DNA of 64,000 nt from Rhodosorus marinus CCMP1338 (taxonomy: Eukaryota > Plantae > Rhodophyta): NCBI GenBank assembly GCA_029953675.1, contig JAMWBK010000005.1, forward strand, positions 186,001 to 250,000. Reading direction: 5' to 3'. The notes under the pieces were generated by a model. The model saw only the letters and a list, made by a program, of their open reading frames with translations. It did not search any database and was not told the origin of the DNA. Shown here one piece after another: positions 33,901-44,611 of the stretch; the first letter of the stretch is position 1, and each line of letters starts with the position of its first letter. Both the position numbers and the translations under genes were made by a program.

Positions 33901-36900
33901 CGTGTCCTCCACCCACAATCGCCACAACTGTACTTCCTTACCGTGCACCGAATCTGACCACGTGAAGCCAGGCCACAGCTCAACGTTGATGCGTAAAACA
34001 GAGCGGGTAACTGGGACGACTGCTGCGCTCACATACAGTACCGGAATACACCTCAAGGCACGGCGTACTTGGGCAGCCACCTTCGCAGATCCTACTACAC
34101 TGATGAGTTCCCCGTGCGTACATTCTAAGAGTGACTCGACGTCCCCAGCAGGTCCCATATGGGCAAGTTGGTTGCAGGTTTCAGGAGGAACATACTCAGG
34201 CCTTCGGCGATCGTCTGAGAATTGGGCAAGAGGGTGGCTAAAAGGCCACAGCCGACGATCAATTGCGCGAGAGAGCTCTAGAGCCAGTAGCGCCACAGAA
34301 GGCCAACCCTTCCTTACTGCAGTTTCAAAGAGCGCTCGCATTAGTCGAGCTGCACTTTGTGCCACATAGTTTTGATCTGAAACAAGCGAAAAGCTTCGAA
34401 TCGGAGCACGGGATATATACCCCTGTAACAGAGTCACAGCTTTCCCTGCGTACGTGTCCAGACCGGCGCTCACTGAAACCTCGCACGCGTGACGTTCCAA
34501 ACTGGTAAGCTCCTCCATCTCTTCCTCTCGTGGCTTTACTTGCTCGAACTCGCTTGCATTCGCAACGGCAAGGAGGACTTCGGAATCCTTTGAATCGCCA
34601 GCGAGATTCTCGTTCCAAGAAGAAATTGTCCCATGTGAAACGTAGAAGTGGGACGCAACCCGTCCTAGCTCTGTTGGTGCAAGTTCCTCCGACTTCTCGT
34701 CGAAACGGATCATTCTCGCCGAATTAAGAGCCCGAGCCGCTTCCAGAATAAGCGTTCTCCGAGCTTGAACGAGCTCAGGGTCTGTGACCACCTCGTCCCA
34801 GCGACACCCGTAGTGAAGTGGGTTCCTTTTCATCCTTACTGCCATGTACGTATAACCGAGCCACTGAACCGCCTCGGCTACTGAGGAAACCGTTCCGAGC
34901 ACCACTTCGGCGTTCAGATGGTCGGGAAGGAGTCCGCCTTGCTGAAGTCGCGATTCTATCGGAAGTGAAGAAGTAAGAAACCGCAAATAATGAGGCAACT
35001 GCTCAGAGCTCGTTATGATAGTCCCTTCCCCGAAAGTGTCGAATTGCGGTCTCCCAGCACGCCCGAATATCTGCATAACGTCAAGCATACTCAGCTCCAC
35101 GAAGCCTCCTCTCTTTGCGTCATATATCTGCGTTCCTTTTATTATCACGGTGTGAGCCGGCAAGTTCACCCCCCAAGCGAGAGTCGCAGTGCACACGATA
35201 ACTTGTAGGACTCCTTCTAGGAACAGCCTCTCAACAAGCTTTCGATCCGCTCGAAGCATGCCCGCATGGTGGATGCAGACCCCTTTTAATGCCAGCATGC
35301 GCAGTTCGTTAGCACGAAACTTGGTTATCTCCTGCCGCGCCCAACTAGGGATTGGCTCAGCACTAGAATTATCATCTGCGGTCTTAGCGTCCCCGCTGTC
35401 GAGAAGCTTTCTCTCCACTAAGTCCTTCGCCGTCGCGAGGGTGTCCTTTCTGGAGTGAACAAAGACCATACACTGGTTTCCCTCTCCCAGAGAAGCTCTG
35501 AGTTTATCGAAGGTAATATCCAGGTATTTCTCGTTTCTCTTCTGTGGATTTTTCCCCTCAACGCCAATGAAAGTCTGCGACAGAGGGACAGGACGAAAAG
35601 ACGAGTCAAAGAAGAAAAGCCCCTCATCGCCTACTCCCAGGAACTTTGCGACATCCCGATAGTTCGGGAGGGTTGCCGAAAGTCCAACTAAACGTATCAT
35701 CCTCTGTTCACTTTCTGAGCGACGCTGTGTGCGCGCAACCAACGATTCAAGCACGGATCCCCTGTCCTCATGCAAAAGATGGACCTCGTCGATGATCAGC
35801 AGCGACACGTCCTCAGCAACTGAGGAACCTCCCTCCCCTCCTCCTTTCCTTGTAACTACATCCCACTTTTCCGGAGTAACAACGACTACTTGCGTTTTCA
35901 AAGCCTCTGCGCGAGACAAGTTCACGTCCCCGGTAAGCTCTCTCACCTGCAGACCGAGAGCGCCCAATCGCACTTGAAACTTTTCTACGATCTCGGCTGC
36001 TAGCGCCTTCATGGGTGCAACATAGACGGCTCTCCACCCTTGCGTTAACGGACGACCGTTTTCGTCAGAGAATCGCCGAGCTTCACGCAGGATAGTCATT
36101 AGAGCGATATTCGTTTTTCCAGCGCCCGTTGGGGCGCAGACGAGCATATTCTGACTGGATCTCAGGGCAATCATCCAGACTTTCGACTGAATTGGGTTTA
36201 GCATCTCTACTCCCTCCATCGCCGGCAGGAGCTCGGCTGGTAAAATCTTGCGAACTTCGACTGGATCAACTTTGTTTCTCGTGTCCATCCGCTGAGGGGG
36301 CATCACATATTCATCATATCCATCTTGAGTACTTCGCGTCATACCCTGTGGCAGCGCCATGCGGTCCAAAGAAACTTTGCTTTCCGCGGTGAAGTGCCGA
36401 AGGGCCTCGAGAATTACTGGGTCCTCGGTTTGCCCATATTCATCCTCTTCAGTTCTAGACTCGTTGTAGCGCTGTCGTTGCTTCTGACTTGCACTCTGAA
36501 AATCGACTATTTGGAACGAAGGTTGAGGGAATCCTGTGTTTCGCCGACTTCGACGAGTCCCACCAGCCGTGGAGTTGGTGGGCGGTGCCGCGTTTTCTCG
36601 CGCGAGAATTTCGGATTGGATCGAATACGCATTCGCCTTGATCTCGTTTCGGTGAACGAACATAGACGCTGCAGCCTCAAAATTCCCTAAGGCGTCGAAC
36701 AGATCTTCCTGGAGCTCATCATCTGACTTGCCGCTGACGACGATCTGCAGAATCGTACTTGCCATATCGAAAGGGTCCCACCAAGACCCGAGCTGTGCAG
36801 TCACCTGCATGCATTCTGAAAAAAGGTGAAAGGACCCATCCTCTCGATTGCTAACGACTTCTTCAGGATTTTGCCTGTTTTCGTCACACGGCCCCGGTAC

Positions 36901-37125
36901 AACTTCCCATTCCTCGTCACCTAAGGTAAACTCCTCCAAACCTTTGTACGCGGAAGACAACGAACCTGTCCAGTGCGTATCTGACGTACGCTGAGCATAT
37001 GGTTCTGCATTTGTTCCAGGACGAAAATTCGATCGAAGTGTGACCCACGCTTCGTAATCAAACCGCATTCCATCTTGCAGCTCTCGGAGGAGCTTTGAAA
37101 ACCTCACTACTTCGATGCTGGTCAT
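30977..37125 (-). CDS. ASCC3: ASCC3/Slh1 (Ski2-like double helicase cassette with Sec63 domains)
   Basis: Exons 37125-31363 and 31288-30977. Two cassettes, APTGAGKT/DEVH and APTGSGKT/DEVH. The signature HYCPRMMAMNRPSYAAI...LIFVSSRRQTRLTA favours ASCC3 over Brr2. Confidence 0.9.
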
Positions 37126-37352
37126 CCCGCTACTTAAATACTTACATTTAAGTCCACTCAGTGACCATCAACGAGTACGGATTCTATCCAATCACACCAA
37201 TATCACATAGTTGCTTCGTCTCGTATTCGACTCAGCAGCAATTCCCAATCATAAGAACAGAAGCTCGCAACTGTTCCCTGCTGCGCTTTTCCGACGTGAC
37301 CTGGTCGTGATAGTGCCTGACCAACTCTATGCATCAATCAATCAGATCGGTT

Positions 37353-37898
37353 TCATTCCGTTCGCTGAGGACTTTCGATCCAGGCGATCCTTTCCAGTAG
37401 CGAGCGACGTTTATGTAGACAATTCGAGTGGAACTGTCCTATGCCGTTCCAGACGGATGCGTTACGCCAGCGATACCATCTCGCAACCACGAAATGCATG
37501 CAGGCACTGTCGCTCTCATCCTCGTATTTGATGACCACCAACTCTTGCAACTGAACGGCTCGACCATGCGTCGAACTTTGCCTTGAGGCGGATTCGCCAT
37601 CATTTAGGTCTATTTGGCGAACCCACCCCTTTGGCTGACTTGGGGACCAGACAAAAGCCATGCGAGTATTGAGGGCATTTGCGCTCCCAACCCAGGGTTT
37701 TTCCCACGTTGCGCATATGTATCCTACAGCAGATCACTCAATGTGGGCCATGTACCTGTGCGATGTGCTCTCCAGATGCTGAACAGTGTGGAGCTCAAAG
37801 CTGGGGAAAAGTTTCGGATGAAAGAGGGCTGCCTCAAGAGAACTATGAGGTTGCCGTACCAATGTCAAAACCAGGCAAACGTAACCTAGTCTAGACAT
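37353..37898 (-). CDS. Possible small multi-exon gene of unknown function
   Basis: ATG at 37898 gives hydrophobic MSRLGYVCLVLTL followed by GTACGG. The downstream open frame GYICATWEKPWVG...MAFVWSPSQPKGWVRQID... ends at 37353. The splice path is inferred, not unique. Confidence 0.3.
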
Positions 37899-38047
37899 GT
37901 GATTCGGCCGTAGACCCCCAGGACCTTCCGATCCCAGAGCGCCGATTTCTTTTTTCGGCGAAGCAACTAGTTAAGCGACTTAAGCAGATGAAAACTTGAA
38001 TATGGTTCAGATGTCAAACGTTTGCTTCCTTTACATTAAACGAGCGC

Positions 38048-38552
38048 CTATGCTTCCGCCTTTTTCAACGATTTAAACTCCTTGCTTAGCAACGATGATC
38101 GTTTCTTTCGCAAGACCATCACCTTGAATCGGTCATAATCACTCAAAGCGGCCCTCTTATTTCTCACTTCCAGCTTCTTTCCCCATGCCGAGCTCGCAAA
38201 CGTCTCTGCAACCTTCTCATTCTCGAAATGTCTCTTTACAATAGACGTCTTGGAAGCTCTCTTCACGGGGATCTTAATGGTAGTAAGTTGAAGGTGCTTG
38301 TACGGCATCAGCTGTCTCTTCACTCCAGTACAAGGACCATCAACGAGGCACTTGTTCTGATCTAAGATGTCCACGATCACAACAAGCTTCCCATAGTTCC
38401 TTCCTTTATCAATCAAGGCCACGCGCCCGGCTTCAACAAACGTCCGGAACTCCTAAGCCAATAAAAAAGGGCAAAAGCAAATCTTATAAGCTACGCATTA
38501 AAACACACACATCCACTTGAAGTATAAACGTCATGGTTAGTGCACGTACCAT
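38048..38552 (-). CDS. RPL14: 60S ribosomal protein L14 (eL14)
   Basis: Exon 1 is ATG only (38552-38550), intron 38549-38453, exon 2 is 38452-38048. Reads MEFRTFVEAGRVALI...YGKLVVIVDILDQNKCLVDGP...LSDYDRFKVM. Confidence 0.95.
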
Positions 38553-38703
38553 TTTTCTGATCAGCTTAAACAACTAGTACGTCTCCCTCCACCTACAGAC
38601 CCGTCTCCACCTTGGTCAACGAAACGCGCTACCAGCCTCCCAATATTCATTCGGCCGGCGAAAGCACATGAGACACAGCGCTTGTTCAGATTTTTGTAGG
38701 GGT

Positions 38704-38923
38704 GGTTTCATCCTAAACACCTCATCTCGATATTGATCACCACCCCGTTAGAATTATTATGTTGAATAGTAGTAATTATGAAATAAATTGTAATGTATTA
38801 CACGTAATTACACAAACATACCCCTGCTAAAAAGGAGCATTCTCATCTCCACGAGGGAATAGATAGTGAGCCAAGGGGGGAAACACTGGAAAATAGAGAA
38901 AACCCAGTTTTTGGGATGAAACC
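38704..38923. repeat. Candidate MITE-like segment with 14-bp imperfect terminal inverted repeats
   Basis: GGTTTCATCCTAAA at 38704-38717 versus the reverse complement of 38910-38923, GGTTTCATCCCAAA (13/14). AT-rich interior. No TSD identified. Confidence 0.3.
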
Positions 38924-39039
38924 CAAACGTCGACGACGACGCCGAAAACGGGTAAATGAGAAAGTATTCAATCAAGTGTGGTGGTTCTTCTTTTTATAGA
39001 TTGAAATAAACGACAGGTTGTCCAAGTGGCAGCTAACTT

Positions 39040-39380
39040 TGTGTGGGTCTCATCTTTCCAAGAAAGTCCAACCTTCTAGCAATATCAGGCTGAGCTAAAT
39101 TATGCTCAGGCTGTGCCAGAATCTATGGAGGTACAACACTTATTTTTGTCTCGATGGTATGGCACATCCCGATGAAGAAAGGGAATAAACGCGATGGAAT
39201 CCCTGATGCTTTCGAGGGTAGCTTGAGGTAGAGAAGCAAAAAGTAAGGAGGAAGAACCAGAGTTAGAAAAGGAAAGTTAGTTTTGGGATAAACTACCTAA
39301 TTGGGGAGTACCGAGGAAAAGTAAAACCTTGAATTCTGAATAATTGAAGCAGTATCCAGATGGACACGTGGGACGTGTCA
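39040..39380 (+). repeat. 5' LTR (TG...CA, 341 bp)
   Basis: Starts with TG directly after AACTT, ends GTGTCA, and aligns with 43427-43814. Confidence 0.9.
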
Positions 39381-39489
39381 GTTGGTCTCATCGATGGTTG
39401 CGATTGAGGAACGACGAACCTGAACCTGACTGAGCCCAAGAACAAGATAACCAGACCCAGATAACCAGAAACAGATCACCAGAACGATC

Positions 39490-40200
39490 ATGGCTAGTCT
39501 CCCGATGAAGATCCAGGCACCCCACCCGAGGGCCTACGACGGGAGGCCTTGGGCGCCCCTCACAATACATACGTGGCTCAACAGCCTGAAGAACTTCTTC
39601 AAGCTGGCGGGCCTTGGAGAGGACGAAGACGACCAGAAAATCCTCTTAGCAGAGGGATATCTTACCGGAGATGCCTCGTATTGGTATTCCTTGCTGCCCT
39701 TCCACGTTTGAGGAATTCGAGACAGCGCTACGACAACAGTTCTACCCTCCGGACCCAAAATGCCGGGCTAAGCAACAGTTAGCCCGAGCACAGCAACGAA
39801 CGTCCGTCGCAGTGTACATACTTCAATAAGTGCCTGATAGAGGTCGGAACCATCTCCAATTTTGAGAAATTCGATCGGTTCGTTGATGGTCCAAAACCGG
39901 AGATCCGAAAGTACATTTACATCCAGGAGATCGAAGACTTCCAGGACACCCAGGCTTCGGCCTTGAAAATTGAAGGTTCAGATGTCGCGAGTGTCCGCCG
40001 GCCAGGGAACCATAAGACTTCTGCTGCGCGAGCCCCACGGATCTCCCAACCAAGGGGCAGACCCGGAGTGGAAGGAGTTACACCAGCCCACAGACCCAGG
40101 AGATAAACAAAAATTATACCAATATCCGGTGTAACTACTGCCACAACCTGGGACATACACAACGAATCTGCTGGGACAACCCCGAGAGGGACCTTCGAGT
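39490..40200 (+). pseudogene. Retrotransposon gag remnant with CCHC zinc knuckle
   Basis: KIQAPHPRAYDG...WLNSLKNFF...YLTGDASYWY, EKFDRFVDGPKPEIR and the knuckle CNYCHNLGHTQRIC at 40130-40171. Frameshifted. Confidence 0.85.
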
Positions 40201-40569
40201 GGAGAAATCGGGACCACCCCGGTCCGGTCGCAGGAAATGATGTTAACCCGAAGCAGTAGTGGGTCCCGCCGCCACTACTGTGCACCAGGCGGACGGCAAC
40301 CGATTAATCCTGATATGACGGTGACCACGTACATCGAATGAACATCCTGAAAACACAGAAGAACCTGAAGAATCTGTTACAAATAACGAGAAAAGTGCAT
40401 CGAACAAAAATTAAACCTGGTGCTATCCAAACCTTGGAGGAACCCGCAACCAAAGATAAGGAGGAATTTAGGGAAGAACAACTGGAAGAGGCAAAGGATC
40501 TGGAGAAATTCATCACGGAAAATACTGGGACGTTTTCGTAGAAGATATTAAGAACTTACCCCCCTGGCG

Positions 40570-43340
40570 AAATGTCAACTTCACAATCGACTTGAAACCT
40601 AGGACAGAGCCAACATAGCACCGGCCATACCGCATGAGTCTCGGGGACCGCAAGGACTGAAAAGTCAACTTAATGATCCTTTAAGCAGAAACCTTGTTCG
40701 ACCTAGCTCGTCACCATTCGCATGGCCATGCCTTTTTGTGGACAAAAAGGATGGTGGGCAGCGACTGTATCTAGACTACCGAAGGTTGAACCAGGTAACA
40801 ATCCCCAACATAACGAGCCCGCCGCGGATTGGCGACTGCCTTGATGCACTCGGAAGCGCCACATACCTCAGTGTCATCGATCTGAGGAGTGGTTATTGGC
40901 ATCTTCGGGTAAAAGAAGCCGACATACCCAAACAAATGCGTCGGCTGTCTTCACCCGATTATTGAAACACAATTTCTTTAACGAGTTGGGTGTTTTCACT
41001 ATGTTTTTTTGACGACATCAGCATATACTCTGCGAATTCGGACGACCATAAGAGACACCTGAACGTCGTCTTTTCAAAACTGAGGGATAACAAGTTGTAT
41101 ACCAAAGGATCAAAGTGCGTTTTTGTTGTTCCAGAGACCAAATATCTGGGTCATCTCGTTGGAAGCGGAAAGCGGCGACCGGATCCCAGTAAAGTAGCCG
41201 GTCTAAACAATTGGCGAACCCCGGAGAACGTGCATGACGCGAGGTCCTTCCCGGGCTTTACGGGCTATCTACGCAGTTATCCGTCGCAATTCAGCCTCGT
41301 CGCAGCCCTTCTGACGGACCTAACCAAGGACGTAAGATTTCGGTGGGGACCTGAGCAGCAAGAAGCGTTTGACACACTGCGGGCAAAATTAGTTGAGCAG
41401 CCAGTCCTTCGAAATCCCGACTTCACGCAAACATTCACCATTTGCGACAGACGCTAGCAGCAAGGGAGTGGGTGCTGTGCTGCTACAAACATTTGAAGAC
41501 GGAGAGCACCCAATCGCGTATTTCTCCCAGAAGTTTACTACTACCGAGCAGAAGTACTCGACATATGAACACGAATCGTTTGCGTTAACCCCGGCCGTGT
41601 AACATTGGCGGACGTCTGTGGAGGCGCAACGTTTCATACTTCGCACGGATCACAATCCTTTGCGCTTCTTACATTCGCAAAAGGAGTTGACGAAGCGGCA
41701 GGCCCCATATGTCAACCGATTGCTGCCTTTTAATTTTGACATCCGGTACAAAAAGAGAGCGGAAAATATGGCAGATCCGCTCAGCCGAGGAGCTATCAAC
41801 CAATTTTCGATTTCTGGAATCATACCCCATCAGGATTGGCCTGGAGCGCGTACCTGCAGGACCCTGACCTTGCAGCAGTATTTCCTGAGGCAGCGAAGTA
41901 TGTGGCACAAGGCTTTCGCAAGGAAGCAGGACATCCTATACAAACATCAACGCATATGTGGGCCGCAGAAATTCGTACCCGACCTGTTGCGGAGGCATCA
42001 TGAGGAACCTACCGGAGGTCATTTCGGCATCCACAAAAATGTCAACCAGCTGAAACGGCGTTATTACTGGCGAACACTACGAGATGACGTCCAATCGCTC
42101 ATCAGAACCTGTGAGATTTGCCAGAGACAGAAAACCCTAAGCGCAGCTCAGGGGCTTCTACAGCCTCTCAGGTACCCGAGTCGAAGCTGCAGGACATCTC
42201 GATGGACTGCATTGTCAGTCTCCCGATGACGGAATCTGGACATGATGCAATCTTGGTAATCGTTGACTGATTCTCGAAGTACGCGCTAGTTTGTGGCGAC
42301 TAGGACTGATGTAGACGCGCGCATAACAGCCGAAGTCTTCCTCCAGAACTGGGCACGCTTCGCAGGACTACCCCGCACGATTGTTTCCGACCGTGATTCG
42401 AAGTTTACCAGTCTATTGGGCAGCAACTTATGCGGCTGTTGAAATTGAAAACCAACATGACTACTGCGTACCATCCCAAGACGGATGGGCAAACTGAGCG
42501 GGTCAACCAAAGTTTGGAGGCGTTATTGAGGTGCAACAGTACCCAAGCAACCTGGGCCTCGGATCTACCCATGGCTGAGTTGGTCTACAACACTCAAAAT
42601 TCCGAGGCGACGAAGTATTCACCTTTCGAACTTTTGTATGGGCGCAATCCCGACCTACCAGGGACATTAACTGGACTACGTGCCGACGAGGCTACCCCTG
42701 CTCCTCTTCCTGGCTGAAGTTTTGCTACGACATCAACACGATCAATACACGGAGGCGCGGAATAACATGCTTTATGCTAAGCCAGTGCTGAAAGTACGAT
42801 ATGATACAGGTACGCGTGACCCGGAGTTTTCCACTGGCGAATTGGTGTTATTATCGACAACAAACCTGCCGCTACGCAACCCGAAACCTCCCAGACCCCG
42901 TTACATCGGACCTTTCAAGGTCGCACGTAAGGTGAGTACTTCGTCGCCTCGCAAATTTGAGTGTTGTAGACCAACTCCGCCATGGGTAGATCCGAGGCCC
43001 AGGTTGCTTGGTTACTGTTGCACCTCAAGTACGTCTCCAAAGTTTGGTTGACCCGCACAGTAAGGTGGACGCTGTTGCTTATACGTTAACGCTACCCGCT
43101 GAGATGGATATACATCCAGCGTTCCACGTTTCCCTGCTGAGGGAATTTACGGGAGTCCACGACAATGTCCGACATGAAATGCCCAGTTTCACGACGGAAT
43201 CACCGACCGGACGAATCACGTCACTACTTGGACATCGGCTGCAACCAGGCAACACAAGCGAGTACCTGGTTTACTTTGATGGAGAAACTGTAGCCGATGC
43301 TCGAAGGTTCGCGGCTCATAAGTTGCCACAAATTTGCTAG
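40570..43340 (+). pseudogene. Retrotransposon pol remnant (RT, RNase H, integrase, chromodomain)
   Basis: RT: FVDKKDGGQRLYLDYRRLN, IDLRSGYWHL, FFDDISIYS. RNase H: DASSKGVGAVLLQ, IAYFSQK. Integrase: HEEPTGGHFG...CEICQRQK. Chromodomain-like: ITSLLGHRLQPGNTSEYLVYFDG. Confidence 0.92.
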
Positions 43341-43415
43341 TACGAAGAAGCAGATTCGATACTACCCTAATTTTCATCGCGCTGCTGAATCTGCCCGACC
43401 CCACGCTTCTTCTTC

Positions 43416-43426
43416 GGTGGGAGGGA
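43416..43426 (+). other. Polypurine tract of the LTR element
   Basis: GGTGGGAGGGA immediately before the 3' LTR. Confidence 0.75.
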
Positions 43427-43814
43427 TCTGAAGTCTCGTCCTTCAAGCAAGTTCAACCTTCCAGCAGTATGGCTGAGCTAAATTATGCTCGGGCTGTGCC
43501 AGAATCTATGGGGGTACAACACTTATTTATGATGATGATGGTGATGTATTTTAGTCAGCAGTAGTGCACATCCCCAGGAAGTAAGGGTATAACTTCGATG
43601 GAATCATCGAAGTTATACCCTTACTTCCCGAATCCCTGATGCCTTCGACGCTAGCTTGACGGTAGAGAAGGAAAAAGTAAGGAAGAAGAACCAGAGTTAG
43701 AAATGGAAAGGTAGTTTTGGGATAAACTACCTAATTGGGGAGTAATTAGGAAAAGTAAAACCTTGAATTCTGAATAATTGAATCAGTAACCAGATGGACA
43801 CGTGGGATGTGTCA
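43427..43814 (+). repeat. 3' LTR (about 388 bp; contains a 52-bp palindrome absent from the 5' LTR)
   Basis: Aligns with the 5' LTR and ends GTGTCA followed by AACTT. Left boundary is uncertain by about 2 nt. Confidence 0.9.
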
Positions 43815-44575
43815 AACTTGTACACGAAGGCATTTTCAGTCAGATATCGTTCATGCTAATGGGGGTGGACGTGAAATCGAAGAAGGATAAGCACTAATCG
43901 GATGTCTGAACAAGACTCTTCGATGCAAAAGCTGATGCGAGCCTAAGGAGAACTGCTTTGTGCTTGTCAAAGTGGCCTTGCCTGGCTTGATAGATTTTCG
44001 GCTTCGATGAGAAGCTGAGCAATTTTTCGGTGCAGTGTCACGTCGCTGGATTGGGTTGTCCTGGCCGTGACTGTGACTTTCACCGGGATGCAGCTGCTAG
44101 CTGTACCATTAGCAGGAATAGGGGGTTAAAGCTAGTTCAAAGGGAACCGTGAACGGCTAGAACCGAGTTTTCAAAGTATAACTTTGCCCGTCCAAGTTGG
44201 TCTAATTGTATTTGCGCCGAACGCGTAACTCCCCTGCCAAACTCACACTCACAATTCGGCACAGGAGCCTTCTAGTGGCTCCAGCGAAAACCATTCAAGT
44301 TAATCGTGGCATCGCGACCATCGCTAGCCTTCCGTAATTGTGCCCGTTAACTAGCACAGATGTCCGCTCATCTACAAGCCTAGGGAGAATACAACAGTAT
44401 GGCTCTGTGTGGTTCACACAAGCCGCTTCGCGAATAGTGCTCGAGACTCTCTCGGGGAGATGACGCGCACGTCGGGTTGAGCCTAATTTACCGTTCGAAT
44501 GGCAATAGATCTGTAGTCCCTCCTCACCCCCTCGGTGGGGTCCTGTGCTCTCACCGATCCGAAAACGCGTGGACA

Positions 44576-44611
44576 CCTGAAGTTGCTCCTGAAGTTGCTC
44601 CTAAAGTTGCC
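44576..44611 (+). repeat. 12-bp tandem repeat x3
   Basis: CCTGAAGTTGCT CCTGAAGTTGCT CCTAAAGTTGCC. Confidence 0.85.

Larger units (their letters stand above)
39040..43814 (+). mobile_element. Ty3/Gypsy (chromovirus-type) LTR retrotransposon, degenerate
   Basis: Two homologous LTRs ending in GTGTCA, AACTT TSD at 39035-39039 and 43815-43819, PBS-like TGG at 39383 and PPT at 43416-43426. Gag, RT, RNase H, integrase and chromodomain remnants lie in Gypsy order with many stops and frameshifts. Confidence 0.95.

Noticed and set aside
30977-38552. ASCC3 (ribosome-rescue helicase) next to RPL14 as a functional cluster
   Set aside because: Only a loose functional link; adjacency is expected by chance in a compact genome.
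39046-39392. GGTCTCATC repeated at the LTR start and in the PBS, suggesting self-priming
   Set aside because: It is a direct rather than complementary repeat, and the 3' LTR differs (AGTCTCGTC).
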